DNA of 64,000 bases. Origin: a bacterium. GTDB taxonomy: Bacteria; Patescibacteriota; Minisyncoccia; Minisyncoccales; CG1-02-41-26. The stretch covers positions 48,348 to 112,347 of the forward strand of contig JAUXAO010000001.1 of the NCBI GenBank assembly GCA_030619905.1, written 5' to 3'. Below the pieces are notes generated by a model. That model searched no databases, was not told the DNA's origin, and was given only the letters and a program-made list of their open reading frames with translations. Both the position numbers and the translations under genes were made by a program. Below, one piece after another: positions 1 through 9,725 of the stretch (position 1 is the stretch's first letter; each line of letters starts with the position of its first letter).

Positions 1-2
1 AC

Positions 3-551
3 GACGCGGCTGGTGAATGCTTTGATAAAACAGCCAGGATTTTAGGGCTTGATTATCCAGGAGGACCAGCTATTGCATCTGAGGCATTAAAATTATCAAT
101 TACCAAAGATCAATCATTAATTAGACTACCAAGGCCGATGATTAACAGTAAAAATTATGATTTCTCTTTTTCAGGATTGAAGACAGCAGTCTTATATGAT
201 TTCAAAAAAAGACCAGAAAAGATAAGACATTCAAGAAAATATATCAGCGAAATGGCAAAAGAAATTCAGCAGACAATTATTGACATCCTAATTAAAAAAA
301 CAATTAAAGCCGCTAAAGATTACAAGGTAAAAAGCATTATCCTGGGAGGCGGCGTGGCTGCTAATAAAGAATTGCGAAAACAATTTAAAGAAAGAATTAA
401 AAAAGAAATACCAAGTATTAAATATTATTTATCAAACACTGGATATTGCACTGATAATGCAGCTATGATTGGAGTAGCAGGATATTTTAACCAAAAAAAG
501 TCCACAAAAAATTGGCGAAAAATCCAAGTAAATGCTAATTTAAGGATATGA
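3..551 (+). CDS. tsaD: tRNA N6-threonylcarbamoyltransferase TsaD, C-terminal part (5' end outside window)
   Basis: Frame open from position 3: DAAGECFDK..LGLDYPGGP, DFSFSGLKTAV, GGGVAAN, CTDNAAMIG motifs. Confidence 0.95.
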   Translation, partial: DAAGECFDKTARILGLDYPGGPAIASEALKLSITKDQSLIRLPRPMINSKNYDFSFSGLKTAVLYDFKKRPEKIRHSRKYISEMAKEIQQTIIDILIKKTIKAAKDYKVKSIILGGGVAANKELRKQFKERIKKEIPSIKYYLSNTGYCTDNAAMIGVAGYFNQKKSTKNWRKIQVNANLRI

Positions 552-2683
552 ATATTCCAAAAGTTTACAAACCAAAAACTATTGAAGGAAAAATCTACAA
601 ACTCTGGGAAAAATCAGGTTTTTTAAAAGCTAATCCTAAAAGCAAGAAAAAACCCTTTACTATTATTATGCCACCGCCTAATGCTAACGGGGTTTTACAT
701 ATTGGACACGCTGTTTTTGTTACTTTAGAAGATATTATGATTCGTTATCAAAGAATGAAAGGGAGAGAGGTTCTCTGGCTACCAGGAACTGATCATGCTG
801 GAATCATGACTCAAGTCGTTTATGAAAAAAAATTAGCTAAACAAGAAAAGACAAGATTTGATTTGGGCCGAGAAGAATTTTACAAACAGACATATAAATT
901 CTCAATGGAAAATAAGAAAAAAGTGGAAAGCCAACTTAGGAAATTAGGAGCAAGTTGTGATTGGAGTCGTTCAAAGTTCACTCTAAATCCAAAAATAAGT
1001 AAAGCTGTTTTTTATACTTTTAAAAAAATGTATGAAGATGGGTTGATTTATCGAGGTAAAAGAATTATAAATTGGTGCCCGAGATGCCAGACAGCCCTTT
1101 CTGATTTAGAAGTAGATCATCAAAAGAGAAAAGATCCACTTTTTTATATAAAATACGGACCTTTGGTTCTGGCTACAGTGAGACCGGAAACAAAATTCGG
1201 TGATACAGCTATAGCAGTTCATCCAGACGATAAACGCTACAAAAAATATATTAATAAAGAGATTAAAGTAAAAACTGTCTTAGGTGAAGTCAAAATGAAG
1301 GTTATTTCTGACAAGAACATTGATCCAGAATTTGGGACTGGTGTAGTAAAAATAACGCCAGCTCATGATCCTAATGATTTTGAAATTGGAAAAAGGCATA
1401 AATTAGAAATTCGTCAGGTTATCGGTTTTGACGGTAAAATGAACAAAAAAGCAGGAAAATATGTTGGAATGAAAATATTAGAAGCCAGGGAAAAAATTGT
1501 CAAAGAATTGCAAAAAATGAATCTGATAAAAAAAATCGATTCAAATTATAAACATAATGTGGCAGTTTGTGGACGCTGTAAAGCCACTATCGAACCATTA
1601 ATTTCTGAACAATGGTTTATCAAAACTAAAAAATTAGCTGCTCCGGCTATAAAAGCAGTAAAAGATAAAAAGATAGAATTTATCCCCAAGTATTTTAAAA
1701 AGATTTACTATCATTGGATGGAGAATATCAGAGATTGGTGCATATCCAGACAAATTTGGTGGGGTCACAGAATACCTGTCTGGTATTGCCAGTGTGGAGA
1801 AAAAATAATAGCTATTGAAAAACCAAAATCTTGTCCTAAATGTAAGAATTCAAAATTAAGACAGGATACTGACACTCTTGATACATGGTTTTCTTCGGGT
1901 CAATGGCCATTTACTGTCTTTGGTTGGCCTAAAAAAACTGAAGATTTTAAATATTTTTATCCCACTACTGTTTTAGAGACAGGCTGGGATATTCTATTCT
2001 TTTGGGTAGCTAGAATGATTATGTTCGGAATTTACTGTACTAAAAAAATACCCTTTCATTATGTTTATCTGCATGGTTTAGTCCGAGATAAAGATCGTCA
2101 GAAAATGTCAAAATCGAAAGGCAACGTGATTGATCCTTTGGGCGTAATTGATCTCTATGGAGCCGATGCTCTACGTATGGCTCTGGTTTTTGGAACAAGC
2201 CCGGGAAGAGATGTTATAATTTCTGAAGACAAAATTATCAGTCAAAGAAAATTTACCAATAAGATTTGGAATGCTACCAGGTTTATTCTAGGACAAATTG
2301 AAAACTCAAAATTTCAAAATCCAAAATTAAAAATCAAAACAGAAAATTTGACTAAAGCAGATAAAAAAATATTGAAGGCATTAGATAAAACAGTTAGATT
2401 AGTAACTAAAAATCTCGACGATTTCCAATTTCATGAAGCGGCTCAAAACTCCTATCATTTTTTCTGGCATGAATTCTGTGATTATTATATTGAAGAATCA
2501 AAAAAACAATTCCAAACTCCGGATATCAAATATCAAACATCAAATATTCTTTTATACGTTTTACTGGCTTCCTTAAAACTTCTTCATCCTTTTATGCCTT
2601 TTATCACTGAAGAAATATATCAAAAATTACCATTAGAAAACAAGAAAAAATGTTTAATGGTTGAACAATGGCCCAAAATATGA
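548..2683 (+). CDS. valS: Valine--tRNA ligase (short form lacking the C-terminal coiled-coil arm)
   Basis: PPPNANGVLHIGH, WLPGTDHAGI, DWCISRQIWWGHRIP, KMSKS motifs; 711 aa. Confidence 0.97.
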   Translation: MNIPKVYKPKTIEGKIYKLWEKSGFLKANPKSKKKPFTIIMPPPNANGVLHIGHAVFVTLEDIMIRYQRMKGREVLWLPGTDHAGIMTQVVYEKKLAKQEKTRFDLGREEFYKQTYKFSMENKKKVESQLRKLGASCDWSRSKFTLNPKISKAVFYTFKKMYEDGLIYRGKRIINWCPRCQTALSDLEVDHQKRKDPLFYIKYGPLVLATVRPETKFGDTAIAVHPDDKRYKKYINKEIKVKTVLGEVKMKVISDKNIDPEFGTGVVKITPAHDPNDFEIGKRHKLEIRQVIGFDGKMNKKAGKYVGMKILEAREKIVKELQKMNLIKKIDSNYKHNVAVCGRCKATIEPLISEQWFIKTKKLAAPAIKAVKDKKIEFIPKYFKKIYYHWMENIRDWCISRQIWWGHRIPVWYCQCGEKIIAIEKPKSCPKCKNSKLRQDTDTLDTWFSSGQWPFTVFGWPKKTEDFKYFYPTTVLETGWDILFFWVARMIMFGIYCTKKIPFHYVYLHGLVRDKDRQKMSKSKGNVIDPLGVIDLYGADALRMALVFGTSPGRDVIISEDKIISQRKFTNKIWNATRFILGQIENSKFQNPKLKIKTENLTKADKKILKALDKTVRLVTKNLDDFQFHEAAQNSYHFFWHEFCDYYIEESKKQFQTPDIKYQTSNILLYVLLASLKLLHPFMPFITEEIYQKLPLENKKKCLMVEQWPKI

Positions 2684-3363
2684 CTTACTTTCTTTATCTT
2701 TTTGGCTTTCTGCCAAGTATTATCTGGCTTTTATTCTATTTGAGAAAAGATGTCCATCCCGAATCAAATCATGCCGTCTTGAAAATCTTCTTCTATGGAA
2801 TGTTGATTGCCTTCGCAGCAATCTTTCTCGAAATAGGATTCAAAAAAATATCTTCAAATTTACTTTTGTATGTTTTCATCGGTGGAGCAATGGTTGAAGA
2901 ATACTTAAAATATTTAGTTATTAAATTTAAAGTTTTGAGAAGTTCGGAATTAGATGAACCAGTAGACATCATTCTTTATATGATTATTGCTGGTTTAGGT
3001 TTTGCCGCTCTAGAAAATATTTTAATTCTTATTAACTACCATCCTTTTTTAGAACTGCCAAAGACATTAGAGATTATTACTCTGCGTTTTTTGACAGCTA
3101 CTTTCCTTCACGCTCTATGTTCAGGAGTCGTGGGCTATTTTTTAGCAATTTCTTTTTTCAATATCAGAAAACAGAAAAAACTCTTATTAATGGGTCTAGG
3201 AATAGCAACTATCTTGCACGGTTTATATAATTTATCTATAATAAAGATTGATGGTTGGGAAAAGTTTATTCTACCAATTATCATCCTTATTGGAACAGCT
3301 TCGTTTGTTTCCATCAGTTTCAAAAAACTTAAAAGGTTAAAAAGTATTTGTATAATAAAATAA
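2680..3363 (+). CDS. PrsW family intramembrane glutamic protease
   Basis: VEEYLK, GLGFAALEN, HALCSG, HGLYN motifs; multiple TM helices; ATG overlaps valS stop (ATGA). Confidence 0.9.
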   Translation: MTYFLYLFGFLPSIIWLLFYLRKDVHPESNHAVLKIFFYGMLIAFAAIFLEIGFKKISSNLLLYVFIGGAMVEEYLKYLVIKFKVLRSSELDEPVDIILYMIIAGLGFAALENILILINYHPFLELPKTLEIITLRFLTATFLHALCSGVVGYFLAISFFNIRKQKKLLLMGLGIATILHGLYNLSIIKIDGWEKFILPIIILIGTASFVSISFKKLKRLKSICIIK

Positions 3364-3376
3364 TTAATTTAATTTT

Positions 3377-3859
3377 ATGTCCTTTTTAAAAAAATCAAAA
3401 AGGAATATTGAGCTTGAAGAAGAAACAGGAGAAAAATTAAAAGAGAATAAAAAGAGAAAAAATGAGAGAAAAGGAGAAGTTTCTCTTCAAAAACCAGATG
3501 AAGAGATAAATGATTGGCTAGAAACTGAAGGTCAACTAGCAGTTGATGTTTACCAGACAAAATCTTTTTTCATTATTCAAGCTCCAGTGGCTGGAATAAA
3601 ACCAGAGGATCTGGATATTTCAATTGAAGACGGAATTTTAGTTATAAAAGGAAAAAGAGAAAAAATAGAAGAAGTCCAAGAAAAAGATTATTTCTATCAG
3701 GAATGCTACTGGGGAGCTTTTTCCAGAAAAGTAAGTTTACCAGAAGATGTTGACTCTTCAAAAATAAAAGCGTCTCTGAAAAAAGGAATCTTAGTTATAA
3801 AACTTCCAAGAATCATTAAAAAAGGAAAGAAGAAGATTATTATTGAAGAGGAAGAATAA
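3377..3859 (+). CDS. Hsp20/alpha-crystallin small heat shock protein
   Basis: DVYQT, VAGIKPEDLDISI, ECYWGAFSRKVSLP, KASLKKGILVIKLP. Confidence 0.93.
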   Translation: MSFLKKSKRNIELEEETGEKLKENKKRKNERKGEVSLQKPDEEINDWLETEGQLAVDVYQTKSFFIIQAPVAGIKPEDLDISIEDGILVIKGKREKIEEVQEKDYFYQECYWGAFSRKVSLPEDVDSSKIKASLKKGILVIKLPRIIKKGKKKIIIEEEE

Positions 3860-3894
3860 TTAAAACTCTATTTTGATATTAAGTTTTATTGAAT

Positions 3895-3921
3895 AAAAAA
3901 AGCCGTTTCAACGGCTTTTTT
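3895..3921. terminator. Bidirectional intrinsic terminator between hsp20 and tRNA-Leu
   Basis: A6-AGCCG-tttcaa-CGGCT-T5 hairpin between convergent genes. Confidence 0.8.
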
Positions 3922-3922
3922 G

Positions 3923-4004
3923 TGCCCTCGGCAGGATTTGAACCTGCATGGGTTTCCCCACAGCGTCCTAGGCGCTGCGCGTCTACCAATTTCGCCACGA
4001 GGGC
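3923..4004 (-). tRNA. tRNA-Leu(UAG)
   Basis: Acceptor GCCCTCG/CGAGGGC, anticodon arm CAGCG-CCTAGGA-CGCTG, long variable arm, GGTTCAAATCC T-arm. Confidence 0.9.
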
Positions 4005-4026
4005 TCTTTGACAAGTTTTATTTTAA

Positions 4027-4059
4027 CAAAAACTGAGGCGGTTTTAAAGCCGCCTCAGT
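4027..4059 (-). terminator. Intrinsic terminator downstream of pilin-like genes
   Basis: ACTGAGGCGG/CCGCCTCAGT 10-bp stem followed by a U tract on the minus strand. Confidence 0.8.
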
Positions 4060-4103
4060 GGGAAAAACGTCTCGAGATATCTTAAAGATTGACAATAAAT
4101 TTT

Positions 4104-4445
4104 CTAGACGCTTCCCAGAAGAGTCTCTATCAATACAGGAAGTCCTTTTGCTAATAAAGCTACTGCAATACCTATCAAGGCGTATATTAACATTTGCCTA
4201 GCTTTAGTAATTGTATCCGGATTGCCGCCCGCTGTTAAAAAATAAAAAGCAGCTAAAATAATAAACAAAACCGCTATAAGCATTACGGCCGTGAAAACAA
4301 AGTTAGTAACATACGTAATTATAGCCAAGAGTTGCTCAGGAGTAGTGATTATTTCTGGTGGTTCATCCACTGCTGACGCTATGGCTGGGAAAACTAACAG
4401 ACTGACAAGACAGACTAAAGTTAATTTCATTAAACTTCTTTTCAT
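4104..4445 (-). CDS. TrbC/VirB2-like pilin (CPR-type)
   Basis: Signal peptide ending ASA, two TM helices flanking LTAGGNPD..KARQMLIYALIG. Confidence 0.8.
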   Translation of the reverse strand: MKRSLMKLTLVCLVSLLVFPAIASAVDEPPEIITTPEQLLAIITYVTNFVFTAVMLIAVLFIILAAFYFLTAGGNPDTITKARQMLIYALIGIAVALLAKGLPVLIETLLGSV

Positions 4446-4511
4446 ACTATTTTGTTATTTTATTTTTGTTTTATTTTTTAATTAAGAGTATTCGACCTTT
4501 TATAATTTTTA

Positions 4512-4847
4512 TTATTTCACACTCAAAATTTCTTTTATTATACTCATTATTCCTGTACTTAACAATACTATTGCTATTCCTATAATTGTCCAGGTAATTA
4601 TCTTCTTGCCTGTATTTACCCTATCCGGATCGCCAGATGCTGTTATTAAATAAAAGGCACCAATTATTATCATTAATGGGGCTAGAGTCAAAGCTATCCA
4701 ATAAATCCATTTAGAAATTCCTTCCACTAATTCCCGGATATCATCAGCTTCAATAGGATTTTCAATCTCTACTCCTTGAATAAACAATGGAATTAGTAAA
4801 AGAAAGAATAATCCAAAAAATATTATTTTATTAGATAATTTTCTCAT
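4512..4847 (-). CDS. TrbC/VirB2-like pilin (CPR-type)
   Basis: IENPI motif, two TM helices flanking ITASGDPDRV..GKKIITWTIIG. Confidence 0.8.
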   Translation of the reverse strand: MRKLSNKIIFFGLFFLLLIPLFIQGVEIENPIEADDIRELVEGISKWIYWIALTLAPLMIIIGAFYLITASGDPDRVNTGKKIITWTIIGIAIVLLSTGIMSIIKEILSVK

Positions 4848-4862
4848 TATATTATTCTACAT

Positions 4863-5387
4863 CTAATCTTTTTCAAAGACAAGTCCATAGTGATAATCCC
4901 CAGCTGAAAATTCTTTTTTCAATTTCAACTTGGACTCTTTGGCCAACTCTTTCACTTCTTCTGGAGAGATTCTCCCTTGCTCAGGCCCTAAAGAAGATTC
5001 CGGTTTCCAATCAACAACTAAAATCTTTCCTTTTTGCTTTAAAACTCTGTTTGCTTCCATGAAAATTTCTTTTTTCTTCTCTGTTTGGAATAAAAGATTT
5101 GTCATTAAAACCAAATCACAGGATAGAACCGGGATTTTCGAACCATTTTCAATTTCTATATCTGATAAAACTTTCCTAATATTCTGAATTCCTTCTGCTT
5201 TCATTTTACTTTCTAGGGCTGACAAGGGTTCTTCTTGAATATCAATAGCATAAATCAAACCCTGCTCTAATCTTTTGGCCAATGGAATAACCCAACCCCC
5301 TGAACCGCATCCAAAATCAGCCGCGGTCATATCATTTCTTAACTTTAATTTATTTAAAACCTCATTTGGATTGACAAATTTTACCAT
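4863..5387 (-). CDS. Class I SAM-dependent methyltransferase
   Basis: ADFGCGSG motif I, YAIDIQ, RVLKQKGKILVVDW. Confidence 0.9.
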   Translation of the reverse strand: MVKFVNPNEVLNKLKLRNDMTAADFGCGSGGWVIPLAKRLEQGLIYAIDIQEEPLSALESKMKAEGIQNIRKVLSDIEIENGSKIPVLSCDLVLMTNLLFQTEKKKEIFMEANRVLKQKGKILVVDWKPESSLGPEQGRISPEEVKELAKESKLKLKKEFSAGDYHYGLVFEKD

Positions 5388-5390
5388 AAA

Positions 5391-7865
5391 TTATAAGCAA
5401 ATAGCTGAAGCTACATTATCCCCTTTAGTCAATCTCATCACTCTAACGCCAGATGAGGCTCGGCCAATAATTGAGATTGAACCAAGGGGAAGTCGGATTA
5501 CCTGGCCATTTTTGGAAATGACAAGTAAGTCCTTTTCTTCTCCTCCCACAATTTTAGAAAAAACAATTTTTCCTGTCTTTTCAGTGATCCTGGCTGTTTT
5601 TATCCCTGTTCCTCCTCTCTTCTGTAATCTGTATTCTCGCACTTTTGTTCTTTTCCCATAACCATTCTCCATAATCACTAGCAAAAATGTTGGGACTTTG
5701 GTCTTCGATGTTTGAGGTTTAATAATATCCATCCCTAAAACCTCATCTCCCTTAGATAACCTTATTCCTCTCACCCCGGCAGCTGCTCTTCCCATTGGTC
5801 TAATATCTTTCTGTTTAAATCGAATTGATTTACCATTTTTCGTCACTAAAATTGTCTCATCACCTTCACTTACAATAGCAACTCCTTTTAAAGTATCTTC
5901 TTTCCCTAAGTTTATAGCTATTAAACCCGACCTTCGAACATTCTGAAAATCTTTTACATTAGTCTTCTTAATTATACCATTTTTAGTCACCATTATTAAA
6001 TACTTAACCCCTTCCTCTATATCTTTCTTACTATAAGGAACTAAATTCATTATTTTCTCTTCTTGAGAAATTTCTAAAAAATTCAAAAGCCCTCTTCCTT
6101 TTGATATCCTTGAAGATTCAGGAATTTCAAAGACTTGAGTTTGAAAAACTTTTCCTGAATTGGTAAAAAAGAGCAAATTATCAAGAGTATTAGTTAAAGA
6201 AAAATGTTCAACAAAATCTTCTTTACCAGTTCCCATCCCTAATATTCCTTTTCCCCCTCTCTGCTGAACTTTATAAACGCTCGGTTTTATCCTTTTAACA
6301 TATCCTCCTTTGGTTAAAATAATTATTGTTTCTTCTTTGGGAATTAAATCTTCATCTCCAATTTCTCCCGGTCTGCCAACAACCGCTTTTGTTCTCCTGT
6401 CATCACCATATTTTTCTTTCACTTCTCTGATCTCTTTTTTCACAAGTTCTTTTATCTTTTTAGAACTCTTTAAAATTAAAGAAAGCTCTTTTATCCTTGC
6501 CTTTATCTCTTTAAGTTCCTTCTCAATTGCCTCTCTCTCCAGTTTTGCTAATGATTGAAGTTTCATTTCTAGAATAGCATTAGCTTGTATTGAGGTAAGC
6601 TTGAATTTCTTCTCTAGGTTCTTCTGAGCTTCATTTCGGTTAGCTGATTTTTTAATAGTAGATATAACTTTGTCAATGTTCTTTTGGGCAATATTCAATC
6701 CTTCCAAAATATGGCTTCTTTCTTTTGACCTCGCTAAATCAAATGTTATTCTTCTTTTGATAACTTTTTCTTTGTATTCTAAATACAAACTTAAAACATC
6801 GCTTAGAGATAAAATTTTCGGCTGAATACCATCCACTAAAGCCAACATATTCAGATGAAAGGTTTTTTGAAGCGAAGTCCATTTATAAAGGCCGTTCAAA
6901 ACTTTTTTAGGAAAACTTCCTAGCTTAAGTTCAATGATAATTCGCATTCCCTCCTTGTCTGACTCGTCTCTGGCATCTTTTATGCCATCTATTCTTTTAT
7001 CCTCCACTAATTTTGCTATCTGTCTAAGTAATTCTGATTTCTGCACTTGAAAAGGAATCTCACTGATAATAATCTGAAATCCCCTTTTTTGCTCCTGAAT
7101 TTCAGCCTTGCCACGAATTAAAATCGGCCCCTTACCTTGAGAATAAGCAGAAATTATATCTTTTTTTCCGTAAATAATACCACCAGTTGGAAAATCAGGC
7201 CCTTTAACAAATTGGAAAAGATCTTCAGTAGTGGCATTAGCGTGGTCAATGAGATAAATAGTAGCATCGCAGACCTCAGAAAGATTATGAGGAGGAATAT
7301 TTGTGGCCATTCCTACGGCAATTCCCAGGGAACCGTTAAGTAAAAGTTGGGGCGCAGGAGAAGGTAAAACAATTGGTTCTTTTTTTGTTCCATCATAATT
7401 CGGACGGAAATCAACTGTGTCTTTTTCAATATCTTGAAGCATTTCTTCACCAATTGATGAAAGGCGTGATTCAGTATATCTCATCGCAGCAAATTCACTA
7501 GGATCATCAATCGAACCAAAATTTCCTTGACCCTGTATTAAAGGATATCTTAAAGAGAAATCTTGAGTCATTCGAACTAAGGCATCATAAAGGGCAACAT
7601 CACCATGAGGGTGGAATTTTCCAAGACAACTTCCAACGACTGTAGCAGATTTTTTAAACTTTGCCGTATGTCTGAGTCCATCTTCGTACATGGTATACAA
7701 AATTCGCCGATGAACCGGTTTTAAACCATCTCTAACATCGGGTAAAGCACGGGAAATAATGACAGACATAGCATAATCTAAATAACTTTCTCTCATTTCT
7801 TCGCTAATCTCCCGAGATTTTATGTAACCTATCTCATTCTCTTGTTTTTGAACATTTTTCGTCAT
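5391..7865 (-). CDS. gyrA: DNA gyrase subunit A
   Basis: [28 protein letters not shown] active site, QQRGGKG GyrA-box, C-terminal pinwheel repeats. Confidence 0.98.
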   Translation of the reverse strand: MTKNVQKQENEIGYIKSREISEEMRESYLDYAMSVIISRALPDVRDGLKPVHRRILYTMYEDGLRHTAKFKKSATVVGSCLGKFHPHGDVALYDALVRMTQDFSLRYPLIQGQGNFGSIDDPSEFAAMRYTESRLSSIGEEMLQDIEKDTVDFRPNYDGTKKEPIVLPSPAPQLLLNGSLGIAVGMATNIPPHNLSEVCDATIYLIDHANATTEDLFQFVKGPDFPTGGIIYGKKDIISAYSQGKGPILIRGKAEIQEQKRGFQIIISEIPFQVQKSELLRQIAKLVEDKRIDGIKDARDESDKEGMRIIIELKLGSFPKKVLNGLYKWTSLQKTFHLNMLALVDGIQPKILSLSDVLSLYLEYKEKVIKRRITFDLARSKERSHILEGLNIAQKNIDKVISTIKKSANRNEAQKNLEKKFKLTSIQANAILEMKLQSLAKLEREAIEKELKEIKARIKELSLILKSSKKIKELVKKEIREVKEKYGDDRRTKAVVGRPGEIGDEDLIPKEETIIILTKGGYVKRIKPSVYKVQQRGGKGILGMGTGKEDFVEHFSLTNTLDNLLFFTNSGKVFQTQVFEIPESSRISKGRGLLNFLEISQEEKIMNLVPYSKKDIEEGVKYLIMVTKNGIIKKTNVKDFQNVRRSGLIAINLGKEDTLKGVAIVSEGDETILVTKNGKSIRFKQKDIRPMGRAAAGVRGIRLSKGDEVLGMDIIKPQTSKTKVPTFLLVIMENGYGKRTKVREYRLQKRGGTGIKTARITEKTGKIVFSKIVGGEEKDLLVISKNGQVIRLPLGSISIIGRASSGVRVMRLTKGDNVASAICL

Positions 7866-7880
7866 AAGTTGACTAAATAA

Positions 7881-8186
7881 TTATTCTTGGCTACTGGTTG
7901 AAACCGAATTTTCCTCCATTTCTTTTATTATCTCCTCTATTTTTTTCATTTCTTCCCCAATCTGCTCTGACCATGGAGTTTTCAATTCTTGCTTAAAACT
8001 CTGAATATTCAAGTCCTCTAAAAAACTATCTGTTTTAAGGTTTTCTAGTCTTTTTTTAGAATTCTTTAAAAATAGGACGCCTAATCCTACTGTTAAACCA
8101 ATTATTATAAACCAAAAAATAAACTTTCTATAAGTTAAATCTAATCTTTGAATTTTTTTTAAAAAATTCATTTTAACAAGGTTCAA
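7881..8186 (-). CDS. Hypothetical single-TM membrane protein
   Basis: ORF packed between MBL hydrolase and gyrA; one hydrophobic helix. Confidence 0.7.
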   Translation of the reverse strand: MNLVKMNFLKKIQRLDLTYRKFIFWFIIIGLTVGLGVLFLKNSKKRLENLKTDSFLEDLNIQSFKQELKTPWSEQIGEEMKKIEEIIKEMEENSVSTSSQE

Positions 8187-8829
8187 GAACTGCTATTTCC
8201 ATCTTTTCTTTTGGTAAATTAAAGGATTTTACCTTAAGTTTTTTTTGAGGTTCAATTGCTGAAGAACCTATTTCTTTCAGGAATTGCTCTAAAGAATTGA
8301 GTTTCAGCTTCAATTTAGGAATTTGGTAGTGCATTGGAATAACCAATTTTGGCTCAATTTGAGAAATAATCTTTGAGGCACCCTTAGCATCAATTGTATA
8401 AACACCCCCTACCGGCACCACTAAAATATCTACATCACCAAGTTGGTCAAGCTGCTCAGAAGTTAATTCTTTTTGACCAAAATCTCCTAAATGACAAATT
8501 TTTATGTCCTCTGTCTCAATAAGATAGATAATAATATCTCCTCTTTTTTCACCTTGAATATTATCGTGAAAAGCTGGAATTCCTTTAATGTGAACACCGT
8601 TTATCTCATATTCGCCAGGCTCCTCAATTAAAAAAGGCGTGCCACTTATTGCTTTTTTATTTGAATGATCAGAATGTTGATGAGTAATAAGTAAAATTCG
8701 AGCTTCGGTTTTCGGCACTTTAAAACCGATGCCTTCATTAAAAGGGTCAATAACAATTTTTAATTCTTTATTTTCTCTGTCTTTGGTAACTATCTCAAAA
8801 AAAGATTGTCCATGCCAAATAATATTCAT
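8173..8829 (-). CDS. MBL-fold metallo-hydrolase
   Basis: IDPF, THQHSDH, HLGD, VPVGG, IPMHY. Confidence 0.9.
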   Translation of the reverse strand: MNIIWHGQSFFEIVTKDRENKELKIVIDPFNEGIGFKVPKTEARILLITHQHSDHSNKKAISGTPFLIEEPGEYEINGVHIKGIPAFHDNIQGEKRGDIIIYLIETEDIKICHLGDFGQKELTSEQLDQLGDVDILVVPVGGVYTIDAKGASKIISQIEPKLVIPMHYQIPKLKLKLNSLEQFLKEIGSSAIEPQKKLKVKSFNLPKEKMEIAVLEPC

Positions 8830-8875
8830 AATACGAAAATTAATCTTTATTTATTTTACCATAAGCGCTTTCCTC

Positions 8876-8904
8876 TTGCAATAAATAAGCTTTTTATGTA
8901 TATT
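8876..8904 (+). promoter_or_regulatory. Putative sigma70 promoter for the S1 gene (possibly leaderless transcript)
   Basis: TTGCAA-17 bp-TATATT, ending 7 nt before the ATG at 8912. Confidence 0.45.
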
Positions 8905-8911
8905 TGTATAT

Positions 8912-9718
8912 ATGTCTCCAAAAAATTTAAGAAAAATCAAAGAAGAAATAATCTGTCCACCAAAAATTGGGGATATCATAGAAGGTGAAGTTGTAGCTTC
9001 TGAATCAAATACACTTTTTTTAGATCTTGGTTTTCAAGGAGTTGGAATAATTTATGGCAGAGCTTTTTATGAATCTAAAGATATCCTAAAAAACCTGAAA
9101 ATCGGGGATAAACTTTCAGCTAAAATAACGAGTCTGGAAAATGAAGATGGTTATCGAGAATTATCGCCAAAAGAGGCAACACAAGAACTTACTTGGGAAG
9201 AATTAAGAGATAAAAAAGAAAAAGGAGAAAGTTTGGAAGTAAAAATTTCCGGAGCAAACAAAGGAGGATTACTCGTTCAAATAATGGGAATCCCAGCTTT
9301 TTTGCCTACTTCTCAATTATCTCCAGAACATTATCCAAGAGTTGAAGGAGGAGATTCTTTAAAAATCGTAAAAGAACTCCAGAAATTTATCGGCCAGAAA
9401 TTAAAAGTGAAGATATTTGCTCTTAATCAAAGGGAGGAAAAAATAATTCTTTCAGAAAAAGCCAGTAAAATGGAAAAGGTTAAAGAAATGTTGAAAAATT
9501 ATAAAACAGGAGATGTAATAGATGGAAAAATTACAGGAATAACAAGTTTCGGCTTATTTTTGAAATTTGACAAAGATAATCTGGAAGGACTTATTCATAC
9601 TTCTGAAATACCAGAAAAAATGAATAAAGATTTATCAAAGATAAAGATTGATCAAAAAGTCAAAGCAAAAATCATTGAAATTAGCGGCGATCGAATCTAT
9701 CTTTCCTTAAAGCTTTAA
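8912..9718 (+). CDS. rpsA: Ribosomal protein S1-like protein with three S1 domains
   Basis: Three OB/S1 repeats (GDIIEGEV, ANKGGLLV..AFLPTSQL, GKITGITSFGLF..EGLIHTSEI). Confidence 0.8.
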   Translation: MSPKNLRKIKEEIICPPKIGDIIEGEVVASESNTLFLDLGFQGVGIIYGRAFYESKDILKNLKIGDKLSAKITSLENEDGYRELSPKEATQELTWEELRDKKEKGESLEVKISGANKGGLLVQIMGIPAFLPTSQLSPEHYPRVEGGDSLKIVKELQKFIGQKLKVKIFALNQREEKIILSEKASKMEKVKEMLKNYKTGDVIDGKITGITSFGLFLKFDKDNLEGLIHTSEIPEKMNKDLSKIKIDQKVKAKIIEISGDRIYLSLKL

Positions 9719-9725
9719 TATTAAT

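Noticed and set aside
3961-3977. Amber suppressor (CUA) reading of the tRNA at 3923-4004
   Set aside because: The 5-bp stem and 7-nt loop place UAG at positions 34-36, the body is Leu-type, and TAG acts as a normal stop in the window.
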